Source: Octopus sinensis (Eukaryota). Taken from it: a DNA stretch of 64,000 nucleotides. Made by a program: the position numbers and the translations under genes. Shown one piece after another: positions 63,918 through 64,000 of the stretch. The stretch is from NCBI RefSeq assembly GCF_006345805.1, contig NC_043007.1:1798001-1862000 (forward strand). The letters are read 5' to 3'. Each line of letters starts with the position of its first letter. The stretch's first letter is position 1. Under the pieces are notes generated by a model. That model worked only from the letters and a program-made list of their open reading frames with translations, was not told where the DNA came from and did not search any database.

Positions 63918-64000
63918 CATACTTCTAGATCCAGTAATTATGATTATAATCCTAACCTGTTTGTTTTCACACTGAACATATCCGTAGTTTTAGTTTCCAT

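Overview
This is an AT-rich, microsatellite-dense eukaryotic window that looks intronic or intergenic, and I could not confirm any host gene in it. The repeat families point to a coleoid cephalopod, probably Octopus (inference only). The window is built from tRNA-headed SINEs, RTE-LINE 3'-end derivatives, one young 5'-truncated RTE LINE (RT plus a PHD-like finger), and decayed Tc1, Penelope-RT, RTE and RLE-LINE fragments. It also holds a 3.6 kb 31-bp satellite and long (TA)n tracts. The main finding is at 52760-57996, an array of about 11 tandem ~477-bp units between two (TA)n tracts. Eleven complete type I hammerhead ribozyme folds are present (stem I GUUCUG/CAGAAC, core CUGACGA...GAAA, stem III AUCA/UGAU, predicted cleavage after AUA), one of them with a core mutation. 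The array is split into two divergent halves by an inversion at 55857/55858, and a Penelope RT remnant lies about 600 bp to the left. This is the architecture expected of a retrozyme, i.e. a circular-RNA-producing non-autonomous retroelement. At least three other, degenerate Penelope-type minimal hammerhead families occur in the window, one fused to a tRNA-like SINE head. The very long ORFs in the ORF track at 1.4-5.4 kb and all microsatellite ORFs are artefacts of simple repeats.
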